Shown here: piece by piece, positions 61,095 to 64,000 of the stretch | How the letters are laid out: the number at the start of each line of letters is the position of its first letter | How positions within the stretch are numbered: position 1 is the first letter of the stretch | Source of the DNA: Methanocaldococcus sp. 16A | GTDB lineage: Archaea; AGJL01; Methanococci; Methanococcales; Methanocaldococcaceae | Strand: one strand, 5' to 3' | Assembly: GCA_049860595.1 (NCBI GenBank) | Contig: CP187551.1 | DNA length: 64,000 nucleotides | Translations under genes and position numbers: made by a program | The notes under the pieces: generated by a model | Seen by the model: only the letters and a program-made list of their open reading frames with translations | Databases searched by the model: none | Told to the model about the DNA's origin: nothing

Positions 61095-61652
61095 ATGAGG
61101 GGAATAAATCCTTATTACTTATATTTGATTGGGAATGGCTTTGTATTTACATTAATAGTTATTTCAATGCAATTATTAGGGATGTTGAGAGTTATATATG
61201 TGATTGGCATAGTTTTTGGAATAGCAATAATTTATTTGGCAATAATATTTTATTCATATTCAAAAGTTAGGAAAATAAACACTGGAAAGCTTATCTATAG
61301 AGGAACTATAAAGATTGGAAATTGGCATCATATATTATTTGGATTGGTTTTTGTTTTATTGGGAATTTTTATTATATATTATTTTGTTAAAGGAATGATG
61401 GCTATTATTTTATCATCATTTATTTTATTTTTAGGTTTTTTAATATCTAATCTTAAACAAACTCACTATTTGTCTATTTACGAAAATGGAGTTGTTGTTG
61501 ATGGAATCGCGTTTTATAATTATGAAGAGATTGAGAAAAAAGAAACTAATGATAAGTTAATATTAAAAATAAGAGGTATACCAAAAGAAATAGTTTTAGA
61601 AAAAACGTCTAATAAGTGGAAATATGAAAATTGGAATTACAAAGATGTATAA
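61095..61652 (+). CDS. Hypothetical membrane protein
   Basis: About four TM helices then IYENGV soluble tail. Confidence 0.7.
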   Translation: MRGINPYYLYLIGNGFVFTLIVISMQLLGMLRVIYVIGIVFGIAIIYLAIIFYSYSKVRKINTGKLIYRGTIKIGNWHHILFGLVFVLLGIFIIYYFVKGMMAIILSSFILFLGFLISNLKQTHYLSIYENGVVVDGIAFYNYEEIEKKETNDKLILKIRGIPKEIVLEKTSNKWKYENWNYKDV

Positions 61653-62169
61653 AGAAATTGCTGATTTAATTGGCTTAGAGGATTATGAAATAGTCAATCC
61701 ATACAAAGAAAAATGCAATTGTGATTTTTTAATCATATCTAAAGGTTATAAAGATAGAGTAAGGAGATTAAATCCAAATGCTGAGATTTTTGAGGTTAAG
61801 TCAGCAACTTTTAAGGATTTGATTGAAAGTTTAGGAGAATTAAGAAAATTAGGTATTGGAGATGAAGAAAAAATAAATAATTCAATAGAATTCCTAAAAA
61901 ATAAAGAAAAAGAAATAAAAAATTTGGCTAAAGATTTAAATATAGAAGTTAATCCAAAAACAGAGTTTGTTAAAAAAGTTATTGAAGATTTGGGTATAAA
62001 AATTTCTAATAAAGGCATTATAATAATTCCAGACTATTTGAATAAAAATTATAGTAATGCAATTATATTAAAAACACATAACTATGATTTAGAGTTAGTT
62101 GAGAGGATTGAAGATAGGTATCTCCAGATTATAGAAAAGTTGAGGGATTTTTATGAGAGAACTTATTAA
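61624..62169 (+). CDS. Hypothetical protein in hmd/hcg cluster
   Basis: 181-aa ORF overlapping both neighbours. Confidence 0.65.
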   Translation: MKIGITKMYKEIADLIGLEDYEIVNPYKEKCNCDFLIISKGYKDRVRRLNPNAEIFEVKSATFKDLIESLGELRKLGIGDEEKINNSIEFLKNKEKEIKNLAKDLNIEVNPKTEFVKKVIEDLGIKISNKGIIIIPDYLNKNYSNAIILKTHNYDLELVERIEDRYLQIIEKLRDFYERTY

Positions 62170-63670
62170 AGATGCTGTAAATAATTTGGATTCAGCATTA
62201 GAACTAAGAAAAATAGTAATAAAAAAGTTAAATGAAAAAAAATTAAAAGAAAGCGATATTATTGAGGTCGTTGATGCAGTTGATGATTTATCTTTAGAAG
62301 AGATTCAAAAATTAGGAAGTAATTTAAGAAAATTCCCAATGGGTTGTGATTTGGTTGAAATTGCTGTAGGGCCGTGTTCATCATCATTAACATTAACTCA
62401 ATTTATTGAAAATTGCATATTAACAGATTATATGGGATTTCCAATTCATATCTGTAGTTATGCAGTGGCAGATATTGCTGAAAAAGAAAATCTAAGAGCA
62501 ATAGATGTTTTGAAAATGGTTTTAGAAAATGTTGAAGTCCCTATAGATATAGACCACTTTGGAATGTATGGACCTATGAGATTTCCAAAGGAGATTACTC
62601 ACTGCTATGGGGATTGTTATTATAAAGGTCCGCCATTTAAAGGCTGTCCAAGAGATAGAATTCATAAGAGGTTGATAGAGAAAGAAAAAGAGCATGCTGA
62701 TGAGTTTGAAGATTGGGTTAGATTGGCTTCAACTGTATGTATAAACGTGGTTGAGGAGCAGGGTGGAGAGGAGCATGCTGCTCCATTAGAGGAGATGGAG
62801 GTTGTTGCAAGAACAGCTAAAAAATATGGAAAGGGTTTAGAAGGAATTTTCCATATTGGAGATGGATATGATGATTTAATAACTGGAATTAAGGCATGTA
62901 TTGATTTGGATGTTGATGTGTTTGTTGTTGAGGGAGCTCCATTTAACAGAGCTAAAGATAGGCTAAAAGCGTTTGCTAAAGCTATAGCAGTGTCAAGAAT
63001 CTTAGTTAAGGGAGGGGTTGTAGCAACAAATGGAGCTTATGAGGATGAATGTAGAATTGGGTTGAGGAGTGGTTTAAATGCTATAATAACTGGATTTCCA
63101 TTAAATCACCATGGATATATGTGTGGTTATTCTCCAAAAACTGCAAAAAGAGGTAATTTTGGTTTAAGAAGAGTTATGAGAATAATTAGAGAAGAAATAA
63201 AAGCAGGAAATGTTAATGCAAGCTTTATAGATAAGGAGATAGTTAAAGCAATTGCCTTAGGAAACAACTTTTTAAAAGGAAATATCTATCCTTACAGCAT
63301 TGGAGGGTTTTATTTAGGAGATGCACACTGGGCATCTATAAAAGAAAGTAATCTATGTAGAAAATTAAAAGTGAATAAGACAATTGATGACATCTCTACT
63401 GAAAAAATAGGATTAATTGGAGGAAGGTATATAAGTTGGGCAATTGCTGAAAAGGCAGAGGAAATTTATATTTCAGATGCTGATAGTTGGGTAGAAAAAG
63501 CCACTATCAAAATATTAAATGAAGCAGGAATTAATGCCTATTCATGCAATGGAGATGATAAAAAAGCTGTAGAGAGTTCAAATAAGACTTATATAACAAC
63601 CTTTATTCCAAGTATTGCTTTGAAAATATTTAATAAGCTTAGAGATAGCAGAGTAGAGCTTTTGATTTAA
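62153..63670 (+). CDS. hcgG: FeGP cofactor biosynthesis protein HcgG (HmdC)
   Basis: GPC, DHFG..GPMRFP, C.GDCY..GPP..GCPR.RIH, TNGAYEDEC, HHGYMCGY. Confidence 0.9.
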   Translation: MRELIKDAVNNLDSALELRKIVIKKLNEKKLKESDIIEVVDAVDDLSLEEIQKLGSNLRKFPMGCDLVEIAVGPCSSSLTLTQFIENCILTDYMGFPIHICSYAVADIAEKENLRAIDVLKMVLENVEVPIDIDHFGMYGPMRFPKEITHCYGDCYYKGPPFKGCPRDRIHKRLIEKEKEHADEFEDWVRLASTVCINVVEEQGGEEHAAPLEEMEVVARTAKKYGKGLEGIFHIGDGYDDLITGIKACIDLDVDVFVVEGAPFNRAKDRLKAFAKAIAVSRILVKGGVVATNGAYEDECRIGLRSGLNAIITGFPLNHHGYMCGYSPKTAKRGNFGLRRVMRIIREEIKAGNVNASFIDKEIVKAIALGNNFLKGNIYPYSIGGFYLGDAHWASIKESNLCRKLKVNKTIDDISTEKIGLIGGRYISWAIAEKAEEIYISDADSWVEKATIKILNEAGINAYSCNGDDKKAVESSNKTYITTFIPSIALKIFNKLRDSRVELLI

Positions 63671-63746
63671 AATTTTATTAAAATTTTATTTATTTTAGTT
63701 TTCAACATAAATAATTTTAAAATCAAAAAGAAGGTAGTGGAATATT

Positions 63747-63925
63747 ATGACTAAAACAAAAAATAAATTGAAAATACTGATAAAAGAAAATTTAGTGAAG
63801 AATTAAGAAAATTGAATGAGGGGAGTAGATTAAGGATGATGAAACCTATATTTGCTCAAGCATTAGCAGAATATTGTAAATGGGATGATTTACCTGAAGA
63901 ACTAAAAGAATTATTAGAAAATTAA
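63747..63925 (+). pseudogene. Frameshifted small ORF (about 59 aa)
   Basis: ATG after GGTAGTGG; adding 1 nt near 63765 gives MTKTKNKIENTDKRKFSEELRK...ELLEN*. Confidence 0.45.
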
Positions 63926-63937
63926 GAAAGTGATGTT

Positions 63938-64000
63938 ATGGATGAGTTAATTTGTAAAGCAATAAAAGAAATGAGAAGATTAAAAATAAACTATAAGGGG
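63938..64000 (+). CDS. Start of ORF truncated by window end
   Basis: AAGTGATG RBS then MDELICKAIKEMRRLKINYKG. Confidence 0.5.
   Translation, partial: MDELICKAIKEMRRLKINYKG

Noticed and set aside
1215-62018. Numerous short antisense or nested ORFs in the ORF track (e.g. 2736-3062, 8128-8505, 15000-15374, 45216-45455, 55701-56216)
   Set aside because: They overlap well-supported genes or regulatory DNA, and lack RBS and recognisable motifs

Overview
Very AT-rich, CpG-poor archaeal chromosome segment from a Methanocaldococcus-like hydrogenotrophic methanogen; the organism is inferred from hmd/hcg, hdrBC, cofE, mptA, tfb, tfe and GGTGA ribosome-binding sites. Left part: a Roadblock/HmdII/V4R cluster and housekeeping genes (moaE, ABCE1, leuB, argD). 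From about 7.8 to 42 kb is a large redox and stress island. It holds an Lrp-type regulator (Ptr2-like) with candidate operators, two FprA flavodiiron proteins, rubrerythrins, hemerythrin, HdrBC, superoxide reductase, rubredoxin, ferritin, peroxiredoxin and Isf/AfpA. It also holds an atypical CooS next to a degenerate Frh-like trio, an ogg pseudogene, Hcp, a TusA/DsrEFH sulfur-relay operon, an acr3 remnant with arsC, and a secreted/membrane Fe-S cluster with Trx-CcdA. Around 43.7-47.8 kb lies a likely replication origin: five 15-bp direct repeats upstream of a Cdc6-like AAA+/wHTH gene, two further wHTH genes, and a second 14-bp palindrome family. Right part: a TnpB-only IS200/IS605 element with definable ends, a Tad-like pilus module whose ATPase carries an Ala-starting intein, tfb, gar1 and hmd-hcgA-hcgG. 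Several MITE-like or palindromic repeats are scattered through the window. No rRNA, tRNA or CRISPR array was seen.
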